Source: Endomicrobiales bacterium (lineage in GTDB: Bacteria; Elusimicrobiota; Endomicrobiia; Endomicrobiales; CAWCFT01). Taken from it: a stretch of 64,000 nt of DNA. Shown in pieces: positions 40,424-51,668 of the stretch. The DNA lies in the NCBI GenBank assembly GCA_963794945.1, contig CAWCFT010000015.1, forward strand, positions 64,001 to 128,000. The letters run 5' to 3'. The position numbers were made by a program, and so were the translations under genes. Position 1 is the stretch's first letter; every line of letters starts with the position of its first letter. The notes beneath the pieces were generated by a model. The model was not told the origin of the DNA. It was given only the letters and a program-made list of their open reading frames with translations, and did not search any database.

Positions 40424-41311
40424 CTATATCTTCCTTCTAAGACTACCCTTGAAAGGCAGCTGCTCGTACACCAGTATCTCTTTAAGATAAGCTATCTGTC
40501 TTTCTATCGCTTTCCTGTAAAGGTCTTCGCCTATCCCGTAACGCTTGCGGAAATGATGTATCATATACCCGTCAACGCCACCCAGCGTGTCCTTCAGCCT
40601 TTTTTTAGTACCCTCGTAGAACTCCATAGTCTTTTCCAGTAGCGCTATCTCGGTTGGATAACCCTGCACGTTTCCTTCCCTGAACTCACCGTAAAGGTAG
40701 ATGAGCCTTTCAAGATAAGTGCGCGATGCCATCTGCCCTAGAAGGTCTGCGCTTCCAAGCATAAACCCGAGCGTGCGTTCCGGCTTTGAGGCGAACTTAA
40801 GCTGGGCGAATTCAGCTGAAAGCCCCGTGCAACTCACCATCCTCCCAGCGCTAAGCGCCAGCCGCCTGGGCAACCCCTGTTCTTTAAAATATTTTCCTAT
40901 GAACTCAATGCTTCTCGCGACATGGTTTAACGTGTACTTCGCGCCCGTACCTTTCCTGTCGCTCGTGCGCTGGATGTAGCCCGTATCATGGAACAGAGTG
41001 GCTATCAAAGCGGTCTTTACAAGCTCAACCGGAAGCTTCCCGCTCTTTATATTGTAACCATCTATGAGCCTTGAGACAGCCAGCAGGGCGTCGGTAGTGT
41101 GCACTTTGTCGTGAAATTTCGTGTTGCAGGCTCGATAACCCGGATATGCCCCATCGAACAAACGGTTGAAATTAACGAAAGCGGCCCTGACATCCTCAAA
41201 CGCAGCCAACGGGTAATGAAATATGAAATTGTATTTGACTTCCTCGAAGACAGCCGCCGGCGTGCGCATGTCTACAAGCTTGGAAAGCTGAAGGTCACGG
41301 CCTTTTTTCAT
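40424..41311 (-). CDS. HD-superfamily metal-dependent phosphohydrolase
   Basis: FHDKVHT, LFHDTGY, HVARS, SADLLGQMA. Confidence 0.8.
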   Translation of the reverse strand: MKKGRDLQLSKLVDMRTPAAVFEEVKYNFIFHYPLAAFEDVRAAFVNFNRLFDGAYPGYRACNTKFHDKVHTTDALLAVSRLIDGYNIKSGKLPVELVKTALIATLFHDTGYIQRTSDRKGTGAKYTLNHVARSIEFIGKYFKEQGLPRRLALSAGRMVSCTGLSAEFAQLKFASKPERTLGFMLGSADLLGQMASRTYLERLIYLYGEFREGNVQGYPTEIALLEKTMEFYEGTKKRLKDTLGGVDGYMIHHFRKRYGIGEDLYRKAIERQIAYLKEILVYEQLPFKGSLRRKI

Positions 41312-41321
41312 ATTTCCTCCG

Positions 41322-41918
41322 CTATTTTTTGATCGTCACGCCGAAACGTGAAAGCGCTTTTTTCAGTTTGCCGTAAGGCAGGCCCACCACGTTGTAATAG
41401 TCGCCTTCTATCTTTTCCACGAACGCGTCACTTTTTTCTTGTATCGCGTAGGCTCCCGCTTTGTCCAGGTGTTTTTTTGAAAGCCTCGCCACCTCGGAGC
41501 CCGGTATGCGCCGCATCTTAACCCTGCTTACTTCATAGTCAACCGCTTTCCTGTCGGTTGCGGCGTCAACGACCGCTACGCCGCTGTAGACCCGGTGATA
41601 CGTGCCGTTGAGTTTTGAAAGTATTTTTTCCGCGTGCTTTTCATCCGTTGGTTTCCCTATTATCTCGCCGCCGTAGACCACTATAGTGTCGGCGCCTATG
41701 ACAATCCCGCTCTTTGCCTGTCCCGCGACCGACAGGGCCTTCCTTAGGGCGAGTTCCTTAACTATGGCCCGCGGGCTCTTTTGTTTTGTTTCTTCTCCGA
41801 CACGGCTTGGGATCACTTTGAATTTAAGGCCCCAGTCTTTAAGAAGGCCCGAGCGGCGGGGCGAGGCCGAAGCGAGTATAACAACCGGTTTTAAGGTTCT
41901 GGTATTTATCTTCCTCAT
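41322..41918 (-). CDS. maf: Maf nucleotide pyrophosphatase
   Basis: ILASASPRR, GADTIV, IIGKP, DKAGAYAIQ, NVVGLP. Confidence 0.95.
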   Translation of the reverse strand: MRKINTRTLKPVVILASASPRRSGLLKDWGLKFKVIPSRVGEETKQKSPRAIVKELALRKALSVAGQAKSGIVIGADTIVVYGGEIIGKPTDEKHAEKILSKLNGTYHRVYSGVAVVDAATDRKAVDYEVSRVKMRRIPGSEVARLSKKHLDKAGAYAIQEKSDAFVEKIEGDYYNVVGLPYGKLKKALSRFGVTIKK

Positions 41919-42178
41919 TTATCGATACGCCTGAAAATGAACGCCGCGAAAATTATCCCGATCACGGACATGACGTTAAGCTTGAAAAGGCAGCCGAAAG
42001 TAAGGTCCACTATCCTTAAGTTAAGCGTAGCCGGGTTAAGCCCGGCCGAGATCTCTGTAGAGAAGAGGTCCCTTATAGAACCCGCGGGCACTACTATCCC
42101 GATGAATTTTCCAAGGAACGACCCCAGCAGCGCGCCCACGACGACCACCACAACGAACCACACAGTGTTCTTAGCCAT
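41915..42178 (-). CDS. DUF4321-like small membrane protein
   Basis: GALLGSFLG..TLNLRIVDLTFG..LNVMSVIG; upstream of maf. Confidence 0.7.
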   Translation of the reverse strand: MAKNTVWFVVVVVVGALLGSFLGKFIGIVVPAGSIRDLFSTEISAGLNPATLNLRIVDLTFGCLFKLNVMSVIGIIFAAFIFRRIDK

Positions 42179-42198
42179 GTTCTCTCCTGTTCCTAGCG

Positions 42199-43200
42199 TT
42201 AACCGCTAATTTTTATTTTTTCTTTGCACTTTTTGCAGCGGCCCTTCTCCAGGTTCTTTACATCTATACTGTAACCGTCCCTGTCTATAAGCGTCTCGCC
42301 GCACGATGGACAGACAGTCCTCGAGAATTTCGGAGCCTGTATGTTGCCCACGTAGACGTACTTTAGGTGCTTCTTTGCTATTTCCCACGCGCGCTCGAGC
42401 GTAGCCATGCCCGTGGGCTCTTTGTCCATGTGGTATGTCGGGAAATACCTGGAAAAATGCAGCGGGATATCTGGGTCGAGCCCGGCGAGCCAGGAGGTCA
42501 ATTTCTCCAGCTCTTCCGGCGAATCGTTCTCTCCGGGTATAAGTAGAGTGGTTATCTCAACATGCGTCCCGGCCTTGGCCATGGCAGCCACGGTAGCGAG
42601 AACCGGCGCGAGCTTAGCTCCGCATAGTTTCTTATAAAAATCTTCCGTGAAAGCTTTTATATCGATGTTGGCGGCATCGATAAAAGGCAGAAGCTCCGAG
42701 AGCGGCTCCGGATTTATGTAGCCGTTACTCACAAGAACGTTGTAAAGGCCATTTGCGCGAGCGAGTTTTGAAGTCTCTTTGACCCACTCGTAGTTCATCA
42801 GAGGCTCGTTGTATGTGTAGGCAACACCTATCGAACCATTACCGACCGCCATCTCGACTATTTCATCTGGCTTAACGCTTTTCGTAGGAACGCCGCCCTG
42901 CCCGCTCTGGGATATCTCCCAGTTCTGGCAGAAAGAGCACTTGAAGTTGCAGCCGAAAGTCCCTACGGACAGGATCTTCGTGCCGGGATGAAAATGGTAC
43001 AGCGGTTTTTTTTCTATGGGGTCAAGGTTCACAGAGGTGAGTTCGTTGTATGTGAGAGACACAAGCCTGCCTTCCACGTTCTTACGGCCGCGGCATATAC
43101 CGGTCTTGTCCGGCGCTATCACGCACCCGTGCGGGCAGAGGCCGCAGCGCACGGTGCTGCTCGCCTTATCGTGGATCTTCCAGAACTCGGCTTCTTTCAT
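42199..43200 (-). CDS. amrS: AmmeMemoRadiSam system radical SAM enzyme
   Basis: CGLCPHGC, DPIEKKPLYHFHPG, GCNFKCSFCQNWEISQ, YTYNEP, HFSRYFP. Confidence 0.92.
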   Translation of the reverse strand: MKEAEFWKIHDKASSTVRCGLCPHGCVIAPDKTGICRGRKNVEGRLVSLTYNELTSVNLDPIEKKPLYHFHPGTKILSVGTFGCNFKCSFCQNWEISQSGQGGVPTKSVKPDEIVEMAVGNGSIGVAYTYNEPLMNYEWVKETSKLARANGLYNVLVSNGYINPEPLSELLPFIDAANIDIKAFTEDFYKKLCGAKLAPVLATVAAMAKAGTHVEITTLLIPGENDSPEELEKLTSWLAGLDPDIPLHFSRYFPTYHMDKEPTGMATLERAWEIAKKHLKYVYVGNIQAPKFSRTVCPSCGETLIDRDGYSIDVKNLEKGRCKKCKEKIKISG

Positions 43201-43529
43201 CTTACAGACTCGTTTATCCACTTGAGATAATCCGGGTTGCCGTCAACTATGGGTAGCGCGATGATCTCCGGGACCGAATAGGAGTGCAGGAACTTTATCT
43301 CGTCTATCAGTTTCCGCACGTGCTTGCTTTTCGTTTTCATTATTATCAGCGTTTCGGATGACCTCTCTATCTTTCCCTGCCACCAGTATGACGAGCTTAC
43401 GCCTTTTATTATGCTCGCGCAGGCCGCGAGCTTTTTATTCAGTACCGAGTCAGCGATTTTTCTCGCCTCGGCTTCGCTTGGGGCTGTCACAAAAACGTTG
43501 ACGTATAAAAACTGGTATTTATTTTCCAT
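43197..43529 (-). CDS. cutA: Divalent-cation tolerance protein CutA
   Basis: KLAACASI..SSYWWQGKI..HSYSVPEIIALPI..GNPDYLKW. Confidence 0.93.
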   Translation of the reverse strand: MENKYQFLYVNVFVTAPSEAEARKIADSVLNKKLAACASIIKGVSSSYWWQGKIERSSETLIIMKTKSKHVRKLIDEIKFLHSYSVPEIIALPIVDGNPDYLKWINESVR

Positions 43530-44679
43530 AGCTTGTGTTACCGTTCTTCTGGCTCTTAATAAGTTTTTTGTTGTACCCTATCACTATCGCCCTGACGCAC
43601 TTTGCGTCGAACTGTTCCCCGACTTGAAGTTCGAGTTCTTTTAAGGCCTCGTCGTCCGGCAGGGCCTCACGGTACGGACGGTCCGAAGTCATCGCGTCGA
43701 ACGTGTCCGCCACCGCTATTATCCTTGCGGCCAGAGGTATCTCGTCGCCTTTGAGGCCCAGCGGGTATCCCTTGCCGTCGAAACGTTCCTGGTGGCATCT
43801 TATGCCCGGGATAGCGGCTGAGAGCTGTTTTATTGAAGAGAGTATTTCCGCGCCTATCACAGGGTGTTTCATTATCTCGGCGTTCTCTTCGGGGGTAAGC
43901 GACCCGTGCTTACGCAGCACCGCCTCCGGCACACCTATCTTTCCCACATCGTGCAGGAGCGCCGATATCTCGAGGTTCTTAACATCTTCCCCGTTCATGC
44001 CCAGCTCTCTCGCCATAATGAGGGAGTAGTCCCTTATGCGTTCAGAATGTCCCCTCGTGTAGGGGTCTTTCGCTTCTATCGCGTTCGCGATTGCTTTGAT
44101 AGTCGATAGGAACAGTTCGTTGAGGTCCCTGTAATGCTGGGCCTTGCTTATAGCCATGGCGGCGGAAGTGGCAAGCGAGTTTAAAAGCCTTATATCGTTA
44201 TCATCAAAAACGTTCCCGTTCTTCTTATTAACTACCTCTACGACGCCAATCACTTTCTCATCAACGTCGAGCGGCACGGCAAGTATCGAGCACGTGTTAA
44301 ACCCGCATATCATGTCCGTTTTGCCGCTGAACCTCTTGTCCCTTGTAACGTCTTCAATTAGCAGGGCCTCGCCGTGTTTGAGCACCCAGCCGGCTATACC
44401 CTCGTTCTTGTCAAGGTAGACTCGTTTTATCTCCGCCGTCTTAGTGCCGGAAGCTGAGGCAAAGTACATCTTATCTCCTTCAAGCAGGAGCGCGCTGGCG
44501 GCCTCTGAATCGGTTATCCTCTTGGCAAGCTCCATGAGGTAATCAAGGGTCGTGTCGAGGTGTATAGTAGAGTTGATCAGCTCCTGAGAACGTATGAGAA
44601 GGTTCAGCTCGTGAACCTCCTTTTCGTATTTCTTGAGCTTCAGCTCGTAATCTTTTTTAATGTCTTTTTTTATGGTCAC
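43519..44679 (-). CDS. GAF + HD-GYP c-di-GMP phosphodiesterase
   Basis: GAF (GIAGWV, LAVPL); KDPYTRGHSER, LLHDVGKIG, HQERFDGKGYP. Confidence 0.92.
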   Translation of the reverse strand: MTIKKDIKKDYELKLKKYEKEVHELNLLIRSQELINSTIHLDTTLDYLMELAKRITDSEAASALLLEGDKMYFASASGTKTAEIKRVYLDKNEGIAGWVLKHGEALLIEDVTRDKRFSGKTDMICGFNTCSILAVPLDVDEKVIGVVEVVNKKNGNVFDDNDIRLLNSLATSAAMAISKAQHYRDLNELFLSTIKAIANAIEAKDPYTRGHSERIRDYSLIMARELGMNGEDVKNLEISALLHDVGKIGVPEAVLRKHGSLTPEENAEIMKHPVIGAEILSSIKQLSAAIPGIRCHQERFDGKGYPLGLKGDEIPLAARIIAVADTFDAMTSDRPYREALPDDEALKELELQVGEQFDAKCVRAIVIGYNKKLIKSQKNGNTSYGK

Positions 44680-45384
44680 ATTTTCCTTCAACAGGGCACG
44701 AAACGCACAACGGCTTTTTTTTACAGAAATCCTTGCCCAGGGACACCACAAGCGCGTGGAACTCGTTATATATCTTCAGCGAGCGCGGAAGCCTTTCCGC
44801 CATGAATTCCCTGGCCTCGCCGTATTTTGTATTGGTACCGAACCAGCCGAGCCTTTCGCCAAGTCTCATCGTGTACGCGTCAATGACGAACGACGGTTTT
44901 TCCGCCGCGTAAAGAATTATTGAATCTGCCGTCTCGGGGCCTATGCCTTTGAGGGAAAGAAGCCTCTCTCTCAGTTCATCCGCCGTCCCGTCTAATAATA
45001 ATTCTAGTTTTCCATCATAACTTTCGCAGATGTGCGCCGCGAAATCTTTGAGCCGGCCGGCTTTCTGGTTGTAATAACCTGACGGGCGAATCAGCGTAGC
45101 GAGCCTTTTAACACCCATCCGGAGGATCTTCTCCGGAGAAAGCGCGCCCGCATGGTTTAAGTTCTGCACGCTTTCTCAACGTTCTTCCAGGAAGTGTTCT
45201 GTGTAAGGATCGCGCCGCAGCAGATCTCGAACTTCTCCCTTTCGGTTTTCCCAGAGTATTCAAGTTTATGGTACTCCGGGAAGGCGCTCACCCCTCTGGT
45301 GACGGGCCACCAGCCCTGGGGCCCGAAACTTTTATAAAGAACCCTGAACACATCCATAGGCGATAGGTATTCGCTTTTTTTCAT
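44657..45384 (-). CDS. Endonuclease III-like HhH-GPD protein, frameshift near 45170
   Basis: GPQGWWP, GAILTQNTSWKNVEKA, LKGIGPETADSI, C-terminal C..C..CP. Confidence 0.88.
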
Positions 45385-45902
45385 AACTCGGCGTCGAGGC
45401 TTTTCCTGTGGACCTCAGCGAGCTTTATATATTCTTCGGCGCTGCGGTATATCCTTGAGAGGTCGTCCTGCGTTATTAAGCGGGCGGCTTTCCCCGGCAC
45501 GCCCAGTATCAGGCTGCCCTCGCTTATCTTCTGGCGCTCGGTCACTACCGCCCCCGCGCCTATTATGCAATTGTCTTCGATAACGGCGCCGTCAAGTATT
45601 ATCGCGCCCATGCCTATGAGACAGTTGTTGCCTATGCGGCACCCGTGTATCACTGCCCCGTGGCCAACCGTTACGTTCTTGCCTATCATGACGGGCTGCC
45701 CCTCGTTCGGATGGATCAGCGACCCGTCCTGTATATTTGAGTTTGCGTTCACGAGTATCTCATCTACGTCCGCCCTCAGGACGCAGCTGGGCTACACGGA
45801 AACGTTCTCTCCGAGGCTCACCCTGCCTATGATAAGGCATTCCTTGCTTACGAACGCGCTTGAATGGATTTTTGGTTTGTGTCCGTCGTATTCTCGAAGC
45901 AT
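45381..45902 (-). CDS. Gamma carbonic anhydrase family protein (in-frame TAG at 45792-45794 where Trp is expected)
   Basis: PKIHSSAFV, VLRAD, SNIQD, VTVGHGAVIHGC hexapeptide repeats. Confidence 0.88.
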
Positions 45903-45932
45903 GTTGACACCGTGGAGTTTGGAAGCCGGCTC

Positions 45933-46007
45933 TAAGCTGTAAGCTTTAAGCTATAAGTTAAGACATTAGGGCCTTTTCTTACAACTTACAGCTTATGGCT
46001 TATAGCT
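45933..46007. repeat. Inverted heptamer tandem array (TAAGCTG units)
   Basis: TAAGCTG TAAGCTT TAAGCTA ... CTTACAA CTTACAG CTTATGG CTTATAG. Confidence 0.8.
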
Positions 46008-46010
46008 GTT

Positions 46011-46938
46011 TTATTTCAGGAGGTGCGCGAGGACCGCTTTCTGTATGTGCAGCCTGTTCTCCGCCTGGTCGAATATCGCTGTATCGGGGCTGTCCATTAT
46101 CTTGTCCGTGATCTCTTCACCCCGTATAGCCGGCAGGCAGTGCATGGCTATGCAGTCCTTTTTAGCGGTGGCGAGAAGTTTAGAGTTAACCTGGTACGGA
46201 CGGAACACCTCGCGCCTTTTTTCCGCTTCGGCTTCATCGCCCATAGAAGTCCAGACATCAGTGTATATCACGTCGGCGTTCTTAACGGCTGCGCATCGGG
46301 TCTTCCACTATCTCTATCATCCCTCCTGAAAGTTTGGCCCTGGAGGTTGATTCTTTGAGCATCTCCTCGTTGGGGCCATAGCCCTTGGGCCTGGCGAGAA
46401 CGAAATTGAACCCCAGCATGCCGGCAGCGCCTAACCAGGAATTGGCCATGTTGTTGCCGTCGCCCACGAAAACGACTTTGATCTCAGAAAGCTTGGCCGG
46501 CGTCTTTATTTTCTTTTTTTCCATTATTGTCAGTATGTCGCCCAGCACCTGGCACGGGTGTTCCCTGTCGGTAAGGCCGTTTACGACCGGCACCGAAGCC
46601 CACTTCGCGAATTCTTTTATGTCGGAATGCTTAAACGCCCTTATGACTATTCCGTCTAAGTATACCGACAAAGTCTTCGCAGTGTCCTTTATTGTTTCAC
46701 CTCTTCTTCTCTGGAGGTTCTGCGGGTTGAGGATCAAAGGGAAACCGCCCAGCTGGTACATAGCGACCGCGAACGAGACCGTGGTCCTTGTGGAAGGCTT
46801 TTCAAAAATGAGGCCGATACTTTTGCCAGCGAGAATGCCCGTCTTAACTTTCCCCGCTTTGAGTTTCGCGGTGAGCTTGAATATCTGCCACATCTCGGCG
46901 CATGTCAGGTCGAATATAGAAATAAGGTCTTTTTTCAT
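46011..46938 (-). CDS. argF: Ornithine carbamoyltransferase, frameshift near 46293
   Basis: [38 protein letters not shown]. Confidence 0.95.
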
Positions 46939-47148
46939 GTCGTTTCCCTTTCGCGTATTACCCAATGATTTTGATGCCCTTATATAATACCAAAATATCC
47001 TCTAACTGACAAGTTTGCGCTTGGGATAAATTTCATATATACCGGATGCTATCACAGGCATGCGGGGGCCAAATTCTAACAGGTGGAACTCTGGAGAAAA
47101 CAACACAGCTTTATATTGTTCTGGAGAGGGCGTACGCTTGATGGAATT

Positions 47149-48216
47149 TTACGGGATGAAATGGTGGACGAATACTGCGCCGCTGAGGCAGTCCGGGTTG
47201 CATATCTCGGATGCATTTTTGTTGACGTGAGCGGACCTATACCGCTGCATGGCTTCGCTGTTCCAAATATCGAGCAGATTTTGTTCACAAACGTTGCCTA
47301 TTGGGCAGTGGCACATGCACTCCGGGAAAACGTCGCCTTTACCCAGGGCCGTGACCATCATCATTTTCCAAGGCAGCCTGCACCTTGCGATTAAATTTTC
47401 CGCTCTTTCTGCGCCGCCCGGGACCAGGTCGGGATTGTGATCTACCGCAGAGAGGAACGACAAAAAATCACATTCGAAAACGATATCGTTCTTAAGACAT
47501 CTCGCCGCCATCAATGGGATCTCAATACGGAGAAAAGCCAGGGCTTCCTCGTCTCCGGAAAAAAATATATCTTCCCCCGGAGCTGCGTCTTTCGACATAA
47601 ACGAGAGCGCCAGCCGCTTGAAACCATACTTTAGCGCAAAGTCCACAAACTGGCCGATAAAGCGGTTGTTCGACTTCATCACGCATACGGACAGCTTGCG
47701 CTCGAACTTTCCTCCGGCGGCCTTTTCCGTGGCTGCCATAATGGAAAGTTTTTCCATAAGAGTTTCGAACCTCGCCCCTTTGCGAACATGCTCGTACACA
47801 TCTTTTGTGGCGCCGTCAACTGAAACCTGAAGGTCTACCCTGCTGCGGGCCAATATCTCAGCCAATTCTTCATTTAATAGCAGCCCGTTGGTTTGGATTG
47901 TCTGGCGCAACTGCGTGTGCTTAGCGGCCCTCACCAACAGCTCTTTGAAATTATCCAGTAAAAATACCTCTCCCCCCTGCCAGTCTACAAGTTCGAGATA
48001 AGGAAAAAGTTCAACAACCTGTTCGATCACTTCACCTGGCAGCGTGAACTCGTAGTCAAGCCCGACGAACCTGCACATGATGCACCGCAGGTTGCAACGG
48101 GTGGTCAGGGCAACTCGGAGTATTCTGGGTTTCGATTCAAGAACTATCTTACCCGAATCGAATTCACTTAGATTGAGCTCTCTGTTCTTATCGTAAACTG
48201 AGGTATGCTTTATCAT
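47149..48216 (-). CDS. Radical SAM/SPASM-domain protein
   Basis: TTRCNLRCIMC, QGGE, TNGLLL, SVDGA; C-terminal CRLPW..IGNV..IWNS..C..C. Confidence 0.88.
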   Translation of the reverse strand: MIKHTSVYDKNRELNLSEFDSGKIVLESKPRILRVALTTRCNLRCIMCRFVGLDYEFTLPGEVIEQVVELFPYLELVDWQGGEVFLLDNFKELLVRAAKHTQLRQTIQTNGLLLNEELAEILARSRVDLQVSVDGATKDVYEHVRKGARFETLMEKLSIMAATEKAAGGKFERKLSVCVMKSNNRFIGQFVDFALKYGFKRLALSFMSKDAAPGEDIFFSGDEEALAFLRIEIPLMAARCLKNDIVFECDFLSFLSAVDHNPDLVPGGAERAENLIARCRLPWKMMMVTALGKGDVFPECMCHCPIGNVCEQNLLDIWNSEAMQRYRSAHVNKNASEICNPDCLSGAVFVHHFIP

Positions 48217-48255
48217 GATATTCCCGTCAGGCCCGGCCTCGCGGGCCGGTTATTT

Positions 48256-48483
48256 TCACGACATCCAGTGCAGGGCTATCACTCCAAGAATGCCCAGGAA
48301 AATAAAAACAAGGAAAGTCATGAGGGCGGTGTCGAGGGCCAGCTTTATAGGCTCTCTCTTGGTGGGATAATGGTGGACGTACTCATTGTATGTGATGGCA
48401 AACGCAACGCACGCGGCTATGAAGCTGAAAAGCAGGTCAATAAAAATATAGCCTGTGATAACCTTCATGCTCTGGTCTTCCAT
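48256..48483 (-). CDS. Small 2-TM membrane protein
   Basis: Two hydrophobic helices around ITYNEYVHHY. Confidence 0.6.
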   Translation of the reverse strand: MEDQSMKVITGYIFIDLLFSFIAACVAFAITYNEYVHHYPTKREPIKLALDTALMTFLVFIFLGILGVIALHWMS

Positions 48484-48534
48484 ATATCCCCTAAGCGCGT
48501 GTTACGGTTTTTTGCAGCAACTTGCGCTTTTATT

Positions 48535-51500
48535 TTAATTACGGTTGACCGGCAGCCTGACTGAAAACGTCGTGCCTATTCCGTGCTCGCTGACAACATC
48601 TATCGTTCCGCTATGCTTCGACACTATATCGTAACACAGGCTCAGGCCCAGCCCGGTCCCTTGCCCTGTTTTCTTCGTTGAAAAGAAGGGCTCGAAGAGG
48701 TGTCTTTTAACTTCTTCTGTCATACCTGACCCGTTATCGGATACGTCTATATGGATATACTTTTCCGACAGGCTGGTCGCGACGCGTATAGTCCCGCTAT
48801 TCGATATAGAGTCCGCAGCGTTGCTGACCAGATTAATTATAACCTGCTGTATCCTGTCCGTGTTCATTGTCACGAACGGCAGGCCGTTCTCGAAATTTCT
48901 GATAACCTCGCAGCCCTTTGACCGCACTATCGGTTCTATCAGCGTCAGCGCGCGCTCGATGACATTATTTATGTCGGCCTTTTTTGAAACATCTTTCTCT
49001 TCCCTCGCGAAAAGCAGAAGGTCGCTGACCAGCTTCTTGCACCTTTGCGACTCGCGCTCAATAGATTTCAGTGAATTGAATAAGGAACTTGTTTTGTCGG
49101 CTTTACCGACCTCCAGCTGGGCGAACCCGAGTATCACTGTCAGCGGGTTGTTTATCTCGTGCGCGACACCGCTCGCAAGCTGCCCTACAGCCGCCATTTT
49201 CTGGCTCTGCGCAAGCTTTTTATATACTACCTCTCTCTCGGCTTCCATAAGCTTGCGGCCGGTAACGTCTTTGCAAAAACCGAGGAACTTTGTTTCAGAG
49301 ATCCTAACCGCGTCTACGGTCATGCAGACTTTCGACCCGTCCTTGTACTTGTGCCATATGTCGGAAGTTGCGGCGCCTGTTTCTATCATTTTCTTAAAAT
49401 GCTCGGCCCCCTCTTCCGCTGACTCCTCGGCAACCAGGTCACTTACATGTTTGCCGACTAGTTCACCTTCGGGATAGCCCATTATCCTGCACGCTGCGCT
49501 ATTTACTTCAATTACCCGGCCGGTGTTATCCAAGACGAATATCCCGTCCGGGGCCTTGTCTATATAACTTCTGAACTTCTCTTCGCTTGCACGCAGTTCC
49601 TGTTCGGCTTTTTTGCGCTCGGTTATATCTATAATAGACCCTTCCAAAATGCCCTGCTCCCTTAACAACCTCAGCGAAGTTATGCATTTCCTGACTTCGC
49701 CGGATTTGGTAAGCATGTCGCATTCGAATTCCTTAACGACGCCGTCCCTGAGAAGGATTTTCACCATCTCGGCACGCTCTCCGGGGTTTGCCCAGTGGGC
49801 CGAGGAAGGCTTCTCCCGCATCTCACTTTTCGTGTACCCGTATATCGACAAAAACTTTTCATTCATGTCGAGTATTTTCGAACCATCAAACGCTGTTCTG
49901 AACATACCAACTTCCGAATTATTAAAAAGGTTCTTAAACTTCTCTTCGCTTTCCCTCAAAGCATTTTCCGCCTTCTTGCGCTCTGTTATGTCCGTGAACA
50001 AGGTTGCAAACCCGTTCTCTTTCCACGGTGCAACAGAAATGGCAAAGTGCTTGTCCATTGGAGGAAAATACACCTCGAAACTATAAGGTTTTTTTCCGGA
50101 GCTGACTTTTAAATATTCTTCAAAATAAGGCGGAGTTGTGGTGCCGTAGGCTTCGGTGGCCAGTTTGCCGGTTATTTGTTCTCTTGAAACACCGATTATG
50201 CTTTCATAACTCTTATTTACGTCAATAATTCTGTAATTGACCGGCTTTCCGCCATCATAAACTATCTCATGAAGAGCGACCCCTTCGCTCATATTATCGA
50301 ACAACGAACGGAACTGCTCCTCACTGTCAATTAATTCTGCCTCGGCTTTCTTGCGCTCTGTAACATCACTCAGAAAATTCAAAGTGGCAGGTCGCCCTTC
50401 CCATGTTATAACGACCGACCTGATCTCTACAAGTTTGATATCGCCCTGCCCGTTAATTACTCTGAAGGAATAGGCATTAGGCAGTTTTCCACCTTCCAGC
50501 CTTATAAGATGGCGTTCAGCGATCATCGCCCTGTCATCCGGGTAAATGATATCTGTAAAAGGTTTGGACAGCAACCCCTCTTTTGAGATGCCGGTGTACT
50601 CGACAGTTTTAGGGTTAACGAATTTCAGCACACCATCCTGAGCCACTACGACAGCTTCATCGGCGTTATCGATTAACAGCCTGTACCTTTCTTCTGAAGC
50701 CTTCAGGTCGCGCTCTTTTTTGTCAACCATTGCTGCTAATATATACACATAGACTGAAGCGGCGATCATATTTGACAACGCAACAAATACAGCACCGATT
50801 TCAATGCTTATAAGCCCGTGCCTTTGAAAAGCTAATTTGAACCAGCCAATGGCCAATGGAATCACTATGGCGGCTGGCAAAATCGCGCGGGCCATTCTGC
50901 CGGCTGATGTGCCGCTTGTTATAATACTCATGAAACCGACACCAGGCCTTGCGAAGAAAACTGAGGCGCAAACCACCAGAAAGAGCGCCATAGAGTAAAG
51001 AGACATCGCGGTGCTGAATTTGGCTCCGATGATAAGCGGTTGCGCGTTATAAACATGCCCTATTAAAGCCACAAGAGAAATAACGCCGGCGGCAAGAGCC
51101 GCTATTTGCGCGCCGTAAACCAGTTTTTGATTTTTCGAGCGGATCATCAACAGGGCTAACGCTATCAATACAAAATTAATTGAACTATTTAAGGATATCC
51201 TTCCCGGGTAGTTGTGGAACAGGGCGGTTTGGCTCTTGGAGATCAACAGCTGATCAATGCCGGCATTCCATCCAAATGAATACTCGCAAATAGTAACCAG
51301 GCCTATAGCCAGAATAAAATATGCCATGATGCCAATTAAGATAATGTTTAAACGGGGAGGCAATTTTTTACTGTTAATCAGCAGAAGCGCCGCCCCAATA
51401 ATCATAAAACAAACTGACGAGTTGACTTTAATAACGGCTTCATTGGGAATGATGCTAATCAGCGCGGAAATATTGAACAGCCATCCTGCCAGCACTGCGC

Positions 51501-51579
51501 TGCTATAGGACAGGACGATCAGGCCCAGGTAATATGAAACCCTCTTAAACAACAGAGAATAATCAGTTGATGTTTTCAT
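48535..51579 (-). CDS. Membrane multi-PAS sensor histidine kinase
   Basis: TM region, four PAS repeats (DITERKKAE), AHEINNPL H-box, N/G1/F/G2 boxes. Confidence 0.93.
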   Translation of the reverse strand: MKTSTDYSLLFKRVSYYLGLIVLSYSSAVLAGWLFNISALISIIPNEAVIKVNSSVCFMIIGAALLLINSKKLPPRLNIILIGIMAYFILAIGLVTICEYSFGWNAGIDQLLISKSQTALFHNYPGRISLNSSINFVLIALALLMIRSKNQKLVYGAQIAALAAGVISLVALIGHVYNAQPLIIGAKFSTAMSLYSMALFLVVCASVFFARPGVGFMSIITSGTSAGRMARAILPAAIVIPLAIGWFKLAFQRHGLISIEIGAVFVALSNMIAASVYVYILAAMVDKKERDLKASEERYRLLIDNADEAVVVAQDGVLKFVNPKTVEYTGISKEGLLSKPFTDIIYPDDRAMIAERHLIRLEGGKLPNAYSFRVINGQGDIKLVEIRSVVITWEGRPATLNFLSDVTERKKAEAELIDSEEQFRSLFDNMSEGVALHEIVYDGGKPVNYRIIDVNKSYESIIGVSREQITGKLATEAYGTTTPPYFEEYLKVSSGKKPYSFEVYFPPMDKHFAISVAPWKENGFATLFTDITERKKAENALRESEEKFKNLFNNSEVGMFRTAFDGSKILDMNEKFLSIYGYTKSEMREKPSSAHWANPGERAEMVKILLRDGVVKEFECDMLTKSGEVRKCITSLRLLREQGILEGSIIDITERKKAEQELRASEEKFRSYIDKAPDGIFVLDNTGRVIEVNSAACRIMGYPEGELVGKHVSDLVAEESAEEGAEHFKKMIETGAATSDIWHKYKDGSKVCMTVDAVRISETKFLGFCKDVTGRKLMEAEREVVYKKLAQSQKMAAVGQLASGVAHEINNPLTVILGFAQLEVGKADKTSSLFNSLKSIERESQRCKKLVSDLLLFAREEKDVSKKADINNVIERALTLIEPIVRSKGCEVIRNFENGLPFVTMNTDRIQQVIINLVSNAADSISNSGTIRVATSLSEKYIHIDVSDNGSGMTEEVKRHLFEPFFSTKKTGQGTGLGLSLCYDIVSKHSGTIDVVSEHGIGTTFSVRLPVNRN

Positions 51580-51668
51580 TTTGGATTTGTTTCCGGTGCC
51601 GGCTTACGACCCCGCCGGTTTTAAATTTATATATTATAAGCTATATTGGCTGAAACCGAAATGGTTTA

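Noticed and set aside
45792..45794. In-frame TAG in the gamma carbonic anhydrase as possible stop-codon recoding
   Set aside because: It replaces a conserved Trp (TGG) by one base, other genes here end normally at TAG, and the assembly is error-rich.
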